Origin: Candidatus Buchananbacteria bacterium | GTDB taxonomy: Bacteria > Patescibacteriota > Patescibacteriia > 2-01-FULL-39-33 > JBAYJR01 | Length of the DNA stretch: 64,000 nt | Assembly: GCA_041665005.1 (NCBI GenBank) | Contig: JBAYJR010000009.1 | Location: 203-64,202, forward strand | Direction: 5' to 3' | Part shown: piece by piece, positions 1 through 10,612 of the stretch | How the letters are laid out: each line of letters begins with the position of its first letter | How positions within the stretch are numbered: the stretch's first letter is position 1 | Position numbers and translations under genes: made by a program | The notes under the pieces: generated by a model | What the model was told of the DNA's origin: nothing | The model's database searches: none | The model's input: only the letters and a program-made list of their open reading frames with translations

Positions 1-2
1 AC

Positions 3-1643
3 TTAAGATCAATTCATGAACGTTTGACCAAAAATGCTTACCCGATGCAATTACCAATTGGTTCGGCGGAAACTTTTAAAGGATTAGTTGATTTATTAGA
101 GCGCAAAGCCGAAGTTTATTTTGAAGATGATTCTGGTACCAAATGGGAAGTGCAAGAGGTCCCGCCAGAAATGAAAGAAGATGTTGAAAAGTATCGTCAT
201 CAATTGGTGGAAGTAGCCGCCGAGCAAGATGATGTTTTAATGAATAAGTATTTAAACGGTGAAGAATTAACTATTCCCGAAATTAAACGGGGTTTACGGT
301 TGGGCGTGATTCGCAATAAATTTGTGTTGGTTTTGTGCGGTTCGGCTTTAAAAAATAAAGGCATTCAATTTATGTTGGATGCGGTTAATGATTATTTGCC
401 GTCACCTTTAGATATTAAACCACCAACCGGCATGGATGTTAATGATATTGAAAAAAAGATCCCGGTGGTGATTGCCGACAATCAACCATTTGTGGGTTTA
501 GCTTTCAAAATTGCTTCTGATCCTTTCGTGGGCAAGTTAGCTTATTTTAGAATTTATTCCGGAATTTTAAAATCCGGTTCTTATGTAGTAAATAATAGCA
601 ACGGTGAACGCGAACGGGTTAGTCGGATTGTTAGAATGCATGCTAATTCTCGCGAAGAAGTTGATGAAGTTTATGCGGGAGAAATTGCCGCGATTGTCGG
701 TTTAAAAAATACCACTACCGGGGATACTATTTCTGATCCCGAACATCCAATTATTTTAGAAAGAATCGTTTTTCCAGAGCCAGTTATTTCGGTAGCGATT
801 GAGCCAAAAACTAATGCCGATCAAGAAAAAATGGGCGTGGCTTTACAAAAATTAGCCGAAGAAGATCCAACTTTTAGAGTTCATACCGATGAAGAAACCA
901 TGCAGACAATTATTGAAGGCATGGGTGAATTACATTTGGATATTATTGTTGATCGCATGAAGCGCGAATTTAAAGTAGAGGCTAATGTGGGTAAACCACA
1001 GGTAGCATATCGAGAAACGATTAAGAAAAAAGCGGAAGGTGAAGGTAAATATATTCGTCAGTCTGGCGGTCGTGGTCAATATGGCCATTGCTGGTTACGC
1101 ATTGAACCATTAGAACCAGGCAAAGGTTTTGAATTTGAAGATAAAATCAAGAGCGGTTCTATCCCTAGAGAATATATTGCCCCAATTGGTAAGGGTGTTA
1201 AAGAGGCCTTGGATAAAGGTGTTTTAGCCGGCTATCAATTAATTGATATTAAAGCCACGGTGTATGATGGTAGCTATCATGATGTTGACTCTTCCGAAGC
1301 CGCTTTTAAAATTGCTGGTTCGTTAGCTTTACAGGAAGCGGTTAAAAAAGCGGATCCAATTTTGTTAGAACCAATTATGAAAGTAGAAATTATTACTCCC
1401 GAACAGTTTATGGGTGATGTTATGGGCGATATCAATGCTAAACGCGGTCAGATTATTGAAATGCGAGATCGTTCTGGGGTTAAGGTAATTGATGCTAAGG
1501 TGCCTTTAGCCGAAATGTTCGGCTATGCCACTCAATTGCGGTCCATGACTCAAGGTCGCGCTAGTTATAATATGGAATTGGAGCGTTATATGGAAGTGCC
1601 AAAAAACGTGGCTTTAGAGATTATTGAAGGTCGTAAAAAGTAA
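3..1643 (+). CDS. fusA: Elongation factor G (5'-truncated by window)
   Basis: EF-G domains II-V motifs (GMGELHLDIIVDRMKREF, GKPQVAYRETI, QSGGRGQYGH, YDGSYHDVDSS). Confidence 0.99.
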   Translation, partial: LRSIHERLTKNAYPMQLPIGSAETFKGLVDLLERKAEVYFEDDSGTKWEVQEVPPEMKEDVEKYRHQLVEVAAEQDDVLMNKYLNGEELTIPEIKRGLRLGVIRNKFVLVLCGSALKNKGIQFMLDAVNDYLPSPLDIKPPTGMDVNDIEKKIPVVIADNQPFVGLAFKIASDPFVGKLAYFRIYSGILKSGSYVVNNSNGERERVSRIVRMHANSREEVDEVYAGEIAAIVGLKNTTTGDTISDPEHPIILERIVFPEPVISVAIEPKTNADQEKMGVALQKLAEEDPTFRVHTDEETMQTIIEGMGELHLDIIVDRMKREFKVEANVGKPQVAYRETIKKKAEGEGKYIRQSGGRGQYGHCWLRIEPLEPGKGFEFEDKIKSGSIPREYIAPIGKGVKEALDKGVLAGYQLIDIKATVYDGSYHDVDSSEAAFKIAGSLALQEAVKKADPILLEPIMKVEIITPEQFMGDVMGDINAKRGQIIEMRDRSGVKVIDAKVPLAEMFGYATQLRSMTQGRASYNMELERYMEVPKNVALEIIEGRKK

Positions 1644-1651
1644 CAAAATAT

Positions 1652-2017
1652 ATGGATAAATTAACTCGTTTGATTAATTTGATTCAAAAAACTGGGGATA
1701 AGTTGGTGATTACTGATACAGCCGGTAATTCGGCTTATGTTATTATGAACCTTAAGGACTATGAAAGATTTATCCTAGGTCAATCTGATGTTGCGGACTT
1801 GACAGAAGAAGAATTATTGTCTAAAATCAATCGTGACATTGCTTTGTGGAAAGCTGGTCAATCAAATGATATTTTGTCTGATTTAAGCCAAAAATTAGCC
1901 AAAGAGGAGTTAGAATCAGTGGCTAATAATCCCTTGGAAAACAATACTGATTTTGTAGAAAACAAAGATAATAATAAAGAAGATCAATATTACATTGAGC
2001 CAGTGGAAAACCTGTAA
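1652..2017 (+). CDS. Hypothetical protein inserted between fusA and tuf; N-terminus resembles Phd/YefM-type fold
   Basis: 121-aa ORF; LVITD..AYVIMNLKDYE pattern, acidic tail. Confidence 0.7.
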   Translation: MDKLTRLINLIQKTGDKLVITDTAGNSAYVIMNLKDYERFILGQSDVADLTEEELLSKINRDIALWKAGQSNDILSDLSQKLAKEELESVANNPLENNTDFVENKDNNKEDQYYIEPVENL

Positions 2018-2027
2018 GTATCAAGAT

Positions 2028-2056
2028 TTGACAGAAAATAATTTTTAATTTATAAT
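2028..2056 (+). promoter_or_regulatory. Consensus sigma70 promoter for tuf
   Basis: TTGACA(2028-2033)-17 bp-TATAAT(2051-2056). Confidence 0.85.
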
Positions 2057-2158
2057 ATTATTGCTTTTTAATTAATAATACATTTAAATACTTAAATTTT
2101 AGCGGTCTGGCTAAAACCCTACTATAAGCTGGGGGACCGCTTGAAGGAGAAAATAACC

Positions 2159-3343
2159 ATGGCAATCTATCAAAGAACAAAACCTCATGTTAATGTAGGC
2201 ACAATTGGTCACGTAGACCACGGCAAGACCACTCTAACCGCGGCTATCTTGAAAGTGTTAAAAGACAAAGGCTACGTCTCTCAAGATAAGGGCGTTGATC
2301 AAATTGATAATGCTCCCGAAGAAAAAGCTCGCGGTATTACTATTGCGGTGGCTCACGTTGAATATGAATCCGATAAACGCCATTATGCTCATATCGATTG
2401 TCCAGGACATGCCGATTATATCAAAAACATGATTACCGGTGCGGCTCAAATGGATGGTGCTATCTTGGTAGTTGCCGCGACTGATGGGGTAATGCCTCAG
2501 ACTCGCGAACATATTTTATTAGCTAGACAAGTTGGCGTGCCTTATATTGTGGTTTTCTTAAATAAATGCGACATGGTGGAAGATAAAGAGTTGCTAGATT
2601 TAGTAGAAGAAGAAGTCCGCGATTTATTAAAGAAATATGAATTCCCTGGTGATACTACGCCAATTATTCGTGGTTCAGCTTTGAAAGCTTTAGAAAACAC
2701 TGCCGGTCCAGATGGTGATGCTGTCATGAAGTTGATTCAAACCTTAGATGAATATATTCCTGAACCAGCTCGTGATACCGATAAGCCATTTTTGATGCCA
2801 ATTGAAGATATTTTTTCCATTGAAGGTCGTGGCACGGTAGTCACTGGTAGAATTGAACGTGGTGTAGTTAAGTTGAATGATGAAATGGAAATTGTTGGTT
2901 TAACCGCCACTCAAAAGACCGTAGTTACTGGTATTGAAATGTTTAAAAAACAACTAGAAGAAGGTCGCGCGGGCGATAATGCGGGATTGCTATTACGGGG
3001 AACCAAAAAAGAAGAAGTGGAACGTGGTCAGGTAATTGCTAAACCAGGTTCAATTACGCCGCATACTGAATTTGAAGGACAGATTTATATTTTAACCAAA
3101 GAAGAAGGTGGTAGACATAAGCCATTCTTTAAAGGATACAAGCCACAGTTTTATATTCGTACTACCGACGTTACTGGTGAAGTGGAATTGCCAGAAGGCA
3201 CCGAAATGGTAATGCCGGGCGATACGGTTAGTTTGAAGGTTAAATTAATCAAACCAGTTTCTTTGGAAGAAAAAGGCAAGTTTACTATTCGCGAAGGTGG
3301 ACGCACTGTTGGTGCTGGTACTGTCGCTAAGATAATTAAATAA
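2159..3343 (+). CDS. tuf: Elongation factor Tu
   Basis: [24 protein letters not shown]; ATG at 2159 follows AAGGAG SD. Confidence 0.99.
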   Translation: MAIYQRTKPHVNVGTIGHVDHGKTTLTAAILKVLKDKGYVSQDKGVDQIDNAPEEKARGITIAVAHVEYESDKRHYAHIDCPGHADYIKNMITGAAQMDGAILVVAATDGVMPQTREHILLARQVGVPYIVVFLNKCDMVEDKELLDLVEEEVRDLLKKYEFPGDTTPIIRGSALKALENTAGPDGDAVMKLIQTLDEYIPEPARDTDKPFLMPIEDIFSIEGRGTVVTGRIERGVVKLNDEMEIVGLTATQKTVVTGIEMFKKQLEEGRAGDNAGLLLRGTKKEEVERGQVIAKPGSITPHTEFEGQIYILTKEEGGRHKPFFKGYKPQFYIRTTDVTGEVELPEGTEMVMPGDTVSLKVKLIKPVSLEEKGKFTIREGGRTVGAGTVAKIIK

Positions 3344-3387
3344 TAACGGGAACTATTGGTTTAAAACCCACGTTCTTTAGCAATCAC

Positions 3388-3750
3388 ATGGTCAAAGGAA
3401 AAGAGACAATCGTTAAAACTAGTCCTGCTACCACCGAAGGTGGAGAGAAGCAGAAGATTCGTATTAAAATTAGAGCTTACGATTATAAAATTATTGATCA
3501 GGCCGCTAAGACTATTATTGAAGCCATTAAACGTTCCGGAGCGGAATATCAAGGCCCAATTCCTTTACCAACGGAAAAGAAAAAGTACACGGTTAATCGT
3601 TCTACTTTTGTTCATAAGAATGCTAGAGATCAGTACGAAATGCGAACGCATAAAAGAATTTTGGATATTATAGAGCCCACGGCCAAAACAATTGATTCTT
3701 TAAGTAATTTAAACATGCCGGCCGGAGTGGATATAGAAATTAAAATGTAA
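3388..3750 (+). CDS. rpsJ: 30S ribosomal protein S10
   Basis: [25 protein letters not shown]. Confidence 0.99.
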   Translation: MVKGKETIVKTSPATTEGGEKQKIRIKIRAYDYKIIDQAAKTIIEAIKRSGAEYQGPIPLPTEKKKYTVNRSTFVHKNARDQYEMRTHKRILDIIEPTAKTIDSLSNLNMPAGVDIEIKM

Positions 3751-3872
3751 TAACTTAGGCTTAGCGAGGTAAATAACCCTAAATCAGGAAGTGCTTACCG
3801 GGCTGAGGTTAAGATGAAGGAATTGACAAAGTGATAACATAAAATTTTACTAACATTTACCGGTAGTTCGGG

Positions 3873-3895
3873 AGCCGGGATTAGTTCCGGCTTTT
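3873..3895 (+). terminator. Intrinsic terminator-like hairpin between rpsJ and rplC
   Basis: AGCCGGGA-TTAG-TTCCGGCT followed by T run. Confidence 0.55.
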
Positions 3896-3920
3896 GTTAT
3901 AGAAAAAATATTAATTTATT

Positions 3921-4655
3921 ATGAAATTTATTTTAGCTAAAAAAGTGGCCATGACTCAGGTGTTTACTCCTGAAGGCAAGGTAATCGCTGCTACTAAATT
4001 GGTGGCTGAACCTTGTAAAATAGTGGCCTTAAAAGACCAAAAATCTGACGGTTATTTAGCCGTTCAGGTTGGTTTTGGTAAAAAGAAAAAGGTTTCCAAA
4101 GCTTTGGCTGGTCAGCTAAAGGGTTTGGGGAACTTTGCTCAGCTAAAAGAATTTCGTTTTGATAAAAAGGGTGAAACAAAATTACCGGAAGTTAAAGTGG
4201 GCGATGAGGTTAAAGTTTCAGTTTTTGCGATTGGTGATAAATTAAATATTACTGGTTGGGCCAAGGGCCGAGGTTTTCAGGGGGTAGTTAGACGTCATCA
4301 TTTTGCGGGTGGACCCAAAACCCACGGTCATAAAGATAACCTTAGAATGCCTGGAGCAATTGGTTCGGGCGGTATTCAAAAGGTATTTAAGGGTTTAAGA
4401 ATGCCTGGTCATATGGGTACGCAACAGGTTTTTTTACAAGGTTCAAAAGTTTTAGAAATAAATGAAACGGATAATTCTTTATTAGTCTCTGGTAGTTTGC
4501 CGGGGGCGCGTAACGGTTTATTAATTATTACGGCTTTGGGCGAATTAAAAATTGCTCAAGTGGCAGAATTAGTTGAACAACCAGTGGCTGAAGTGGTCAC
4601 TGAGGCGTCAGTAGTAACCGAAGCTCCGGTTTCAGTAGAAGAAGTAAAAGTTTAA
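3921..4655 (+). CDS. rplC: 50S ribosomal protein L3
   Basis: KGRGFQGVVRRH, RMPGHMG; acidic Val/Glu C-terminal extension. Confidence 0.99.
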   Translation: MKFILAKKVAMTQVFTPEGKVIAATKLVAEPCKIVALKDQKSDGYLAVQVGFGKKKKVSKALAGQLKGLGNFAQLKEFRFDKKGETKLPEVKVGDEVKVSVFAIGDKLNITGWAKGRGFQGVVRRHHFAGGPKTHGHKDNLRMPGAIGSGGIQKVFKGLRMPGHMGTQQVFLQGSKVLEINETDNSLLVSGSLPGARNGLLIITALGELKIAQVAELVEQPVAEVVTEASVVTEAPVSVEEVKV

Positions 4656-4673
4656 AGAAAATTTTAATTAAAT

Positions 4674-5306
4674 ATGCAAGTTAAAGTTTATAATCAACAA
4701 GGTAAAGAAGTCGGAACCAGGGAACTACCCAAGGAGATTTTTGCGGTGCCAGTTAAAGAATCGGTGGTTCATCAAGTAGTAACGGCGATTTTAGCCAATT
4801 TACGCGAACCCTGGGCGCATACTAAAACTAAGGGTGAAGTTCGGGGTGGCGGTAAAAAACCTTGGAAGCAAAAAGGGACTGGTCGGGCGCGACATGGTTC
4901 TTCTCGTTCACCAATTTGGAAGGGTGGCGGTGTAACTTTTGGTCCCCGCAACGATCGCAATTATAAACAAAAAGTTAATAAAAAGGTTAAATCTTTGGCT
5001 TTAAGAATGGTGTTATCGGACAAAGCGTTAGCGGAAAAGATTACAGTGCTTGAAGATTTGGTTTTGACTTCAGTTAAGACCAAAGAATTGGCCAAGGTTT
5101 TAAAGACTTTAAAATTAAATAATGTTTTGATTATTTTAGATAAAAAGAATGATGAGGTAAAATTATCGGCTAAAAATTTGCCAAAGACTTCTGTGGTTTC
5201 GGCCAAAAGTTTAAATATTTTAGAAATGTTGAAACGAACCAATTTAATTATTACTAACGCCGCCGTAGAGCAATTGGTTGAAACTTACGGCAAAAAGATT
5301 AAATAA
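4674..5306 (+). CDS. rplD: 50S ribosomal protein L4
   Basis: KPWKQKGTGRARHGS. Confidence 0.99.
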   Translation: MQVKVYNQQGKEVGTRELPKEIFAVPVKESVVHQVVTAILANLREPWAHTKTKGEVRGGGKKPWKQKGTGRARHGSSRSPIWKGGGVTFGPRNDRNYKQKVNKKVKSLALRMVLSDKALAEKITVLEDLVLTSVKTKELAKVLKTLKLNNVLIILDKKNDEVKLSAKNLPKTSVVSAKSLNILEMLKRTNLIITNAAVEQLVETYGKKIK

Positions 5307-5310
5307 ATTT

Positions 5311-5757
5311 ATGAGTATTTTAAATAATATTTTTAATAAAGAAGAAGAAACTAAGGCTAAGCCGGCTAAGAAGGTGGTGACCAAAACCACTGGGGCGGTT
5401 AAGGTTAAGCCAGTAGCTACAGAAAAATCAGTAGAAGTAGCGGATATTAAGAAATCTAGCCATGGAAATTTAGTTAATCAGCATTTATTAGTTAGGCCAG
5501 TTATTACGGAAAAATCCGCTAATTTAGCGGTACAAAATAAGTATGTTTTTGCGGTTTTGGCCAAAGCTAATAAAACAGAAGTTGCTAAAGTAGTAGCGGC
5601 TATTTATGGAGTCACGCCAATTAAGGTTAATATGATAAAAGTTCGTGGCCGGAAAGTAAAATATGGAAAAACTTCTGGTGAAACTAAAGCTTGGAAGAAA
5701 GCCTTAATAACCTTAAAAGCCGGAGAAAAAATTGAATTTTCTCATCAGAATGCTTAA
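5311..5757 (+). CDS. rplW: 50S ribosomal protein L23 with N-terminal extension
   Basis: RPVITEKS, WKKALITL; ATG at 5311 preferred over upstream TTG. Confidence 0.97.
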   Translation: MSILNNIFNKEEETKAKPAKKVVTKTTGAVKVKPVATEKSVEVADIKKSSHGNLVNQHLLVRPVITEKSANLAVQNKYVFAVLAKANKTEVAKVVAAIYGVTPIKVNMIKVRGRKVKYGKTSGETKAWKKALITLKAGEKIEFSHQNA

Positions 5758-5779
5758 TTGTTTAGTTTATTAATCAAAT

Positions 5780-6610
5780 ATGTCAATTAGAATTTATCGA
5801 CCAACTAGTCCCGCTCGTCGCCAAACCAGTGTTTTGGATTTTTCGGGATTGACTAAAAAACGCCCAGAAAAATCTTTAATTTCCACCAAAAAAATTCAAG
5901 CCGGTCGTAATGTTAGTGGAAAAATTACAGTTAGACATCAAGGTGGTGGCGTTAAGACTTTTATTCGTTTGGTTGATTTTAAGCAAGATAAATTTAATAT
6001 TGTTGGTAGGGTTGCAGCCATTGAATATGATCCTAATCGTAGTGCTTTTATTGCTTTAGTTAACTATGCTGATGGTGAAAAACGCTATCATTTAGCGCCA
6101 CAAGATTTAAAAGTCGGTGATAAGATAGTTAGTTCCTTGCAACCATTAGAAATAAAAGTGGGCAACCGCACAGTTTTAAAAAATATTCCAGTCGGTTTGT
6201 TTGTGCATAATATTGAATTGGAGCCTAGAAAGGGCGGAAAATTGGTCCGTTCAGCAGGTTTGGGTGCTCAGTTGCAAGCTTTAGAAAATGGTTTTGTTAC
6301 TTTAAAGATCCCCAGCGGTGAAATTAGAATGGTTAGTGAAAATTGTTTAGCAACGATTGGCATGGTTTCTAATTCTGACTGGCAAAATATTCGTTGGGGT
6401 AAAGCTGGTCGCTTGCGTCGCAAAGGCATTAGACCTTCAGTTCGTGGTAAAGCGATGAATCCAGTGGATCATCCTCATGGTGGTGGCGAAGGTGTTAACC
6501 CAATTGGTTTGAAATATCCTAAGACACTTTGGGGTAAACATGCTTTGGGTGTTAAGACTAGAAAACAGAATAAAAAATCAGATAAACTAATTATTCGTAG
6601 AAAGAAATAA
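5780..6610 (+). CDS. rplB: 50S ribosomal protein L2
   Basis: [26 protein letters not shown]. Confidence 0.99.
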   Translation: MSIRIYRPTSPARRQTSVLDFSGLTKKRPEKSLISTKKIQAGRNVSGKITVRHQGGGVKTFIRLVDFKQDKFNIVGRVAAIEYDPNRSAFIALVNYADGEKRYHLAPQDLKVGDKIVSSLQPLEIKVGNRTVLKNIPVGLFVHNIELEPRKGGKLVRSAGLGAQLQALENGFVTLKIPSGEIRMVSENCLATIGMVSNSDWQNIRWGKAGRLRRKGIRPSVRGKAMNPVDHPHGGGEGVNPIGLKYPKTLWGKHALGVKTRKQNKKSDKLIIRRKK

Positions 6611-6613
6611 TAT

Positions 6614-6955
6614 ATGTCTAGATCACTAAAAAAAGGGCCCTGGGTTGATCCAAATATCTTAAAAAAGATTGGGCGGGTTAAGATTGGTGAAAAAGTAGTT
6701 ATTAAAACCTGGTCTCGGGATTGTACAATTACCCCAGAAATGTTAGGCTTTACTTTTGGCGTGCATAACGGTAAGACTCATATTCCAGTTTTAGCAGTAG
6801 AAAATATGGTTGGTCATAAGTTAGGAGAATTTTCGCCAACTCGTAAGTTTGTTAAACATGGTGGTAAAATGCAACGAGATTTAGAAGTTAAACAGGCTGC
6901 GACTGCGCAAGATGCCGCCAAAGCCGCTAAGGCGACGGTGGAAACTAAGAAATAA
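6614..6955 (+). CDS. rpsS: 30S ribosomal protein S19
   Basis: [22 protein letters not shown]. Confidence 0.99.
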   Translation: MSRSLKKGPWVDPNILKKIGRVKIGEKVVIKTWSRDCTITPEMLGFTFGVHNGKTHIPVLAVENMVGHKLGEFSPTRKFVKHGGKMQRDLEVKQAATAQDAAKAAKATVETKK

Positions 6956-6960
6956 TTTTT

Positions 6961-7470
6961 ATGCAAATAACTGCTACATTAAATTATTTAAGAATTGGTC
7001 CGCGCAAGGTGCGTTTGGTTACCGACTTAGTTAAAGGTAAAGATGTTACCTTGGCTTTAGCGCAGTTAAAATTTATTCCTAAAATTAGTAGTCGGCCAGT
7101 GGTTAAATTGATTAATTCGGCGGTCGCTAATGCTAAAAATAATTGGCAGATTGAAATTGATAACTTAAAGATTAAAGATATCCAGGTAGATGGTGGCCCA
7201 GTGCTCGATCGTTGGTTGCCTAAAGCGATGGGTCGAGCGACACCAATTAGAAAACGCACTAGCCATTTAACAGTAATTTTGGAAGAAAAGGTTTTAAGTG
7301 CAAAATCTGCCAAGCGGGCAGTTAAAAATACTGTAGCAGTAAAAACAGTTAGTTTGGAAGAGGCTAAAAAAGCCGAAAAAGAAAGTGTTAAAAATAAAGC
7401 GGTAGCTGATAAAGCCAAGGGTCAAGCCGGTTCTACTAAGCGTCGCTTGTTCAGTCGTAAGACTGGTTAA
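6961..7470 (+). CDS. rplV: 50S ribosomal protein L22 with Lys/Ala-rich C-terminal extension
   Basis: PRKVRLV, GRATPIRKRTSH. Confidence 0.99.
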   Translation: MQITATLNYLRIGPRKVRLVTDLVKGKDVTLALAQLKFIPKISSRPVVKLINSAVANAKNNWQIEIDNLKIKDIQVDGGPVLDRWLPKAMGRATPIRKRTSHLTVILEEKVLSAKSAKRAVKNTVAVKTVSLEEAKKAEKESVKNKAVADKAKGQAGSTKRRLFSRKTG

Positions 7471-7497
7471 TAAATTGTTAGACAAGAATAAATTAAT

Positions 7498-8238
7498 ATG
7501 GGTCAAAAAGTCAATCCAAAAATTTTCCGAATCGGTATTATTGATACCTGGAATTCTAAATGGTTTAGCGTTAAGAATTACCAGCAGTATTTACGTGAGG
7601 ACGTGGTAATTAAAAAATATTTACGAAATAAGTTGCGTGAAGCAATGGTAGCTAAAATTGACGTTGAACGCTCTCAAAAATCTTTGACAATTATTATTCA
7701 TACGGCTAAGCCCGGGGTAATTATTGGTCGGGGTGGCGCGGGAATTGAAGAATTAAAAAAAGAAATTAAAAATAAGTTTTTACGTGATAAAAAGACGCAA
7801 AAGTACACTGTCGACAGTTTAAATATAAATATTTTTGAAGTTGATAAGCCAAACCTATCCGCCACTATTTTAATGCAACAGGTGATTACGGATTTAGAAA
7901 AAAGAGTTTTGTTTCGTCGAGCGGTTAAGGGGGCAATTGGTCGGGCAGAAAAAGCCGGAGCATTGGGAGTAAAAATTATCGTCGCTGGTCGGTTAAATGG
8001 GGCAGAAATTGCTCGAGATGGCACCCTATTTTCTGGTAAACTACCTTTACAAACTTTACGCGCAGATATTGATTATGCTAGAGGTGCAGCTCAGACTATT
8101 TATGGTAAGATTGGGGTTAAAGTTTGGGTTTATAAAGGGGAACTATTTGCTAAGGAAACAAAAGATAAAGAAGTTAAAGAGTTTAAAGAAGAAAACGTTA
8201 AACCTAAGAGTCGTAGTAAGAAGATAAGTAATAAATAA
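7498..8238 (+). CDS. rpsC: 30S ribosomal protein S3
   Basis: MGQKVNP, KPGVIIGRGG, PLQTLRADIDY. Confidence 0.99.
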   Translation: MGQKVNPKIFRIGIIDTWNSKWFSVKNYQQYLREDVVIKKYLRNKLREAMVAKIDVERSQKSLTIIIHTAKPGVIIGRGGAGIEELKKEIKNKFLRDKKTQKYTVDSLNINIFEVDKPNLSATILMQQVITDLEKRVLFRRAVKGAIGRAEKAGALGVKIIVAGRLNGAEIARDGTLFSGKLPLQTLRADIDYARGAAQTIYGKIGVKVWVYKGELFAKETKDKEVKEFKEENVKPKSRSKKISNK

Positions 8239-8241
8239 TTT

Positions 8242-8652
8242 ATGTTGGCTCCAAGAAAAACAAAACATCGCAAGTGGCATCGCCCAGATATCAAGGGGAA
8301 TGCTTGTCGTAAACGCGAACTTAGTTTTGGCAGTTTTGGCCTACGGGCAGTAACTGGCGGTTGGGTTTCGGCTAGACAAATTGAAGCCGCGCGTCGGGCG
8401 ATGACTAGATTTATTAAACGTAACGGCAAAGTTTGGATTAGAATTTTTCCGGATTGGCCAATTACCCAAAAAGGTTCTCAGTCAACCATGGGTGGTGGTA
8501 AGGGTGTGCCAGAATATTATGTCGCCAAAGTTTTGCCAGGCACAGTAATGTTTGAAATGGATGGAGTAGCAATTACCGACGGTCGCGAAGCGATGCGGTT
8601 GGCTTCTCATAAGTTATCAGTCAGGACTAAATTTATTACTAAACAAGACTAG
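8242..8652 (+). CDS. rplP: 50S ribosomal protein L16
   Basis: QIEAARRA, WIRIFPD, MGGGKG. Confidence 0.99.
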   Translation: MLAPRKTKHRKWHRPDIKGNACRKRELSFGSFGLRAVTGGWVSARQIEAARRAMTRFIKRNGKVWIRIFPDWPITQKGSQSTMGGGKGVPEYYVAKVLPGTVMFEMDGVAITDGREAMRLASHKLSVRTKFITKQD

Positions 8653-8654
8653 TT

Positions 8655-8849
8655 ATGAAAGTCAAAGAACTTAGAGAAAAATCACCAACAGAATTACGCA
8701 AAGAAATTGCTGAAGAGCAGGTTAAATTGCGAGAATTAAAGTTTAAAATCGCTTCTAAACAATTAAAAAATGTTAGAGAAATTAGAGTGGTTAGATTAGG
8801 AATTGCTAAAAGATTGACTATTTTAAAAGAAAAAGAGTCTAAACAATAA
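8655..8849 (+). CDS. rpmC: 50S ribosomal protein L29
   Basis: MKVKELRE.., operon position. Confidence 0.97.
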   Translation: MKVKELREKSPTELRKEIAEEQVKLRELKFKIASKQLKNVREIRVVRLGIAKRLTILKEKESKQ

Positions 8850-8853
8850 CTTT

Positions 8854-9102
8854 ATGTCACCAACCAAAATTTTTAGAAAATTTATCGGAGAAGTGGTTTC
8901 AGCTAAAATGCAAAAAACCATTGTGGTTAAGGTTGTGACCTTAAAATGGCATTCTAAATATGGTAAGCAGTATAAAGTTTTTACTAAATACAAAGTGCAT
9001 GACGAAAAGAATGAAGCGAAAGTTGGTCAGATTGTAGAATTTGTAGAATGTCGACCTTTAAGCAAAGATAAGCGTTGGCGTTTAGTAAAAATTGTTAAAT
9101 AA
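8854..9102 (+). CDS. rpsQ: 30S ribosomal protein S17
   Basis: KMQKTIVV, ECRPLSKDKRW. Confidence 0.99.
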   Translation: MSPTKIFRKFIGEVVSAKMQKTIVVKVVTLKWHSKYGKQYKVFTKYKVHDEKNEAKVGQIVEFVECRPLSKDKRWRLVKIVK

Positions 9103-9120
9103 GTTTTAAGTTAATTATAT

Positions 9121-9492
9121 ATGGTTCAAGAAAGAAGTTATTTAGTCTCAGCAGACAACACCGGCGTTAAACGCATGCAGGTTTTTAAGGTGCACGGTGG
9201 TTACAAAAAACGCTTTGGTCATTTGGGTGATATTGTTACAGTAGCCGTTAAAGAAGCGATTCCTCACAGCATGGTTAAAAAAGGGGAAGTTTTAAAAGCG
9301 GTTATTGTTCGCACCAGAAAAGAAACTCGTCGAGCGGATGGTACTTATGTTAGATTTGATGAAAATGCTGGGGTTATTGTTGATCCTAAGAGTAAGGAAC
9401 CCAAGGGGACGCGTATTTTTGGTCCGGTGGCTCGTGAGTTAAGGGCTAAGGGTTTTAGTAAGATAATTTCTTTAGCTCCTGAGGTTTTATAA
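9121..9492 (+). CDS. rplN: 50S ribosomal protein L14
   Basis: [24 protein letters not shown]. Confidence 0.99.
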   Translation: MVQERSYLVSADNTGVKRMQVFKVHGGYKKRFGHLGDIVTVAVKEAIPHSMVKKGEVLKAVIVRTRKETRRADGTYVRFDENAGVIVDPKSKEPKGTRIFGPVARELRAKGFSKIISLAPEVL

Positions 9493-9513
9493 AAAGTTTA
9501 AGTTTAGATATTT

Positions 9514-9822
9514 ATGAAAATCAAGAAAGGCGACATTGTAAAAGTTATTACCGGTAAAGACAAAGGTAAAACCGGTAAGGTGTTGAAAGCTGTGCCAGCC
9601 GATTTCAAGGTAGTGGTGGAGGGTTTAAATTTGATTATTAAACATCGCCGACCGCGCAAAGAAAATGAAAAAGGACAAAAAATTCAATATCCAGCCCCGT
9701 TAACTTTAGCTAAGGTAATGTTGGTTTGTCCGCATTGTAGTAAGGCGGTTAGGGTGGCTTATCAAATAGGTCAGGATAAAATTAAACGAAGAATTTGTCG
9801 TAAATGTAAAGAAGTTATTTAA
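9514..9822 (+). CDS. rplX: 50S ribosomal protein L24
   Basis: KOW motif IKKGD.VKVITGKDKGKTG. Confidence 0.99.
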   Translation: MKIKKGDIVKVITGKDKGKTGKVLKAVPADFKVVVEGLNLIIKHRRPRKENEKGQKIQYPAPLTLAKVMLVCPHCSKAVRVAYQIGQDKIKRRICRKCKEVI

Positions 9823-9833
9823 TTTATTAAGTT

Positions 9834-10373
9834 ATGAAAAACAGATTAACAGATAAATACATTAAAGAAGTAGTGCCAGAATTAAAGAAATCTTTTGGCT
9901 ATACTAATAATTTGGCAGTACCAAGATTAGAAAAGGTAGTGTTGAATGTTGGTATTTCCTCTAAAAATGCTGATCCGAAGTTTTTAGAAAATGTGGAAAG
10001 CGGTTTGCAACGTATTTCTGGTCAAAAACCAGTGCGTACTTTGGCTCGGCTAGCAATTTCTAATTTTAAGATTAGACAAGGGCAGGTGGTGGGTTTAATG
10101 GTTACTTTGCGCGGTCAAAGAATGTATCAATTTGTTGATAAGTTGGTTTCAATCTCTTTACCTCGGGTTAGAGATTTTCGTGGTTTGGAAGCCAAAAGTT
10201 TAGATGATAAAGGAAATTTAAATATTGGTTTTAAAGAAAACTTAGCCTTTCCTGAAATTAAGGCCGACGAAATGGAGCGCACCTTTGGTTTAGAAGTAGC
10301 CATTAAAACTACAGCTAAAAACAAGGCAGAAGGCTTAGCTTTATTAAAGTTATTAGGATTTCCTATTAAGTAG
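9834..10373 (+). CDS. rplE: 50S ribosomal protein L5
   Basis: LPRVRDFRG, FPEI. Confidence 0.99.
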   Translation: MKNRLTDKYIKEVVPELKKSFGYTNNLAVPRLEKVVLNVGISSKNADPKFLENVESGLQRISGQKPVRTLARLAISNFKIRQGQVVGLMVTLRGQRMYQFVDKLVSISLPRVRDFRGLEAKSLDDKGNLNIGFKENLAFPEIKADEMERTFGLEVAIKTTAKNKAEGLALLKLLGFPIK

Positions 10374-10395
10374 TAAGTTATTTATATAAAGATTT

Positions 10396-10581
10396 ATGGC
10401 TACTAAAACTTGGGTGGTAAAATCACAGAAAAAACCAAAGTACTCTACTAGAATAGTAAGACGCTGTTGGCGTTGCGGTCGTAAAAATGGCTACATGAGA
10501 GATTTTGATTTATGTCGTATCTGTTTCCGCGAATTGGCCGATGGTGGGCAAGTACCAGGGATAAGGAAGAGTAGCTGGTAA
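10396..10581 (+). CDS. rpsN: 30S ribosomal protein S14, zinc-binding type Z
   Basis: 61 aa, CWRCGR..CRICFRELA. Confidence 0.99.
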   Translation: MATKTWVVKSQKKPKYSTRIVRRCWRCGRKNGYMRDFDLCRICFRELADGGQVPGIRKSSW

Positions 10582-10612
10582 TTTATAAAATTATTAATTA
10601 ATTTATTTAAAT

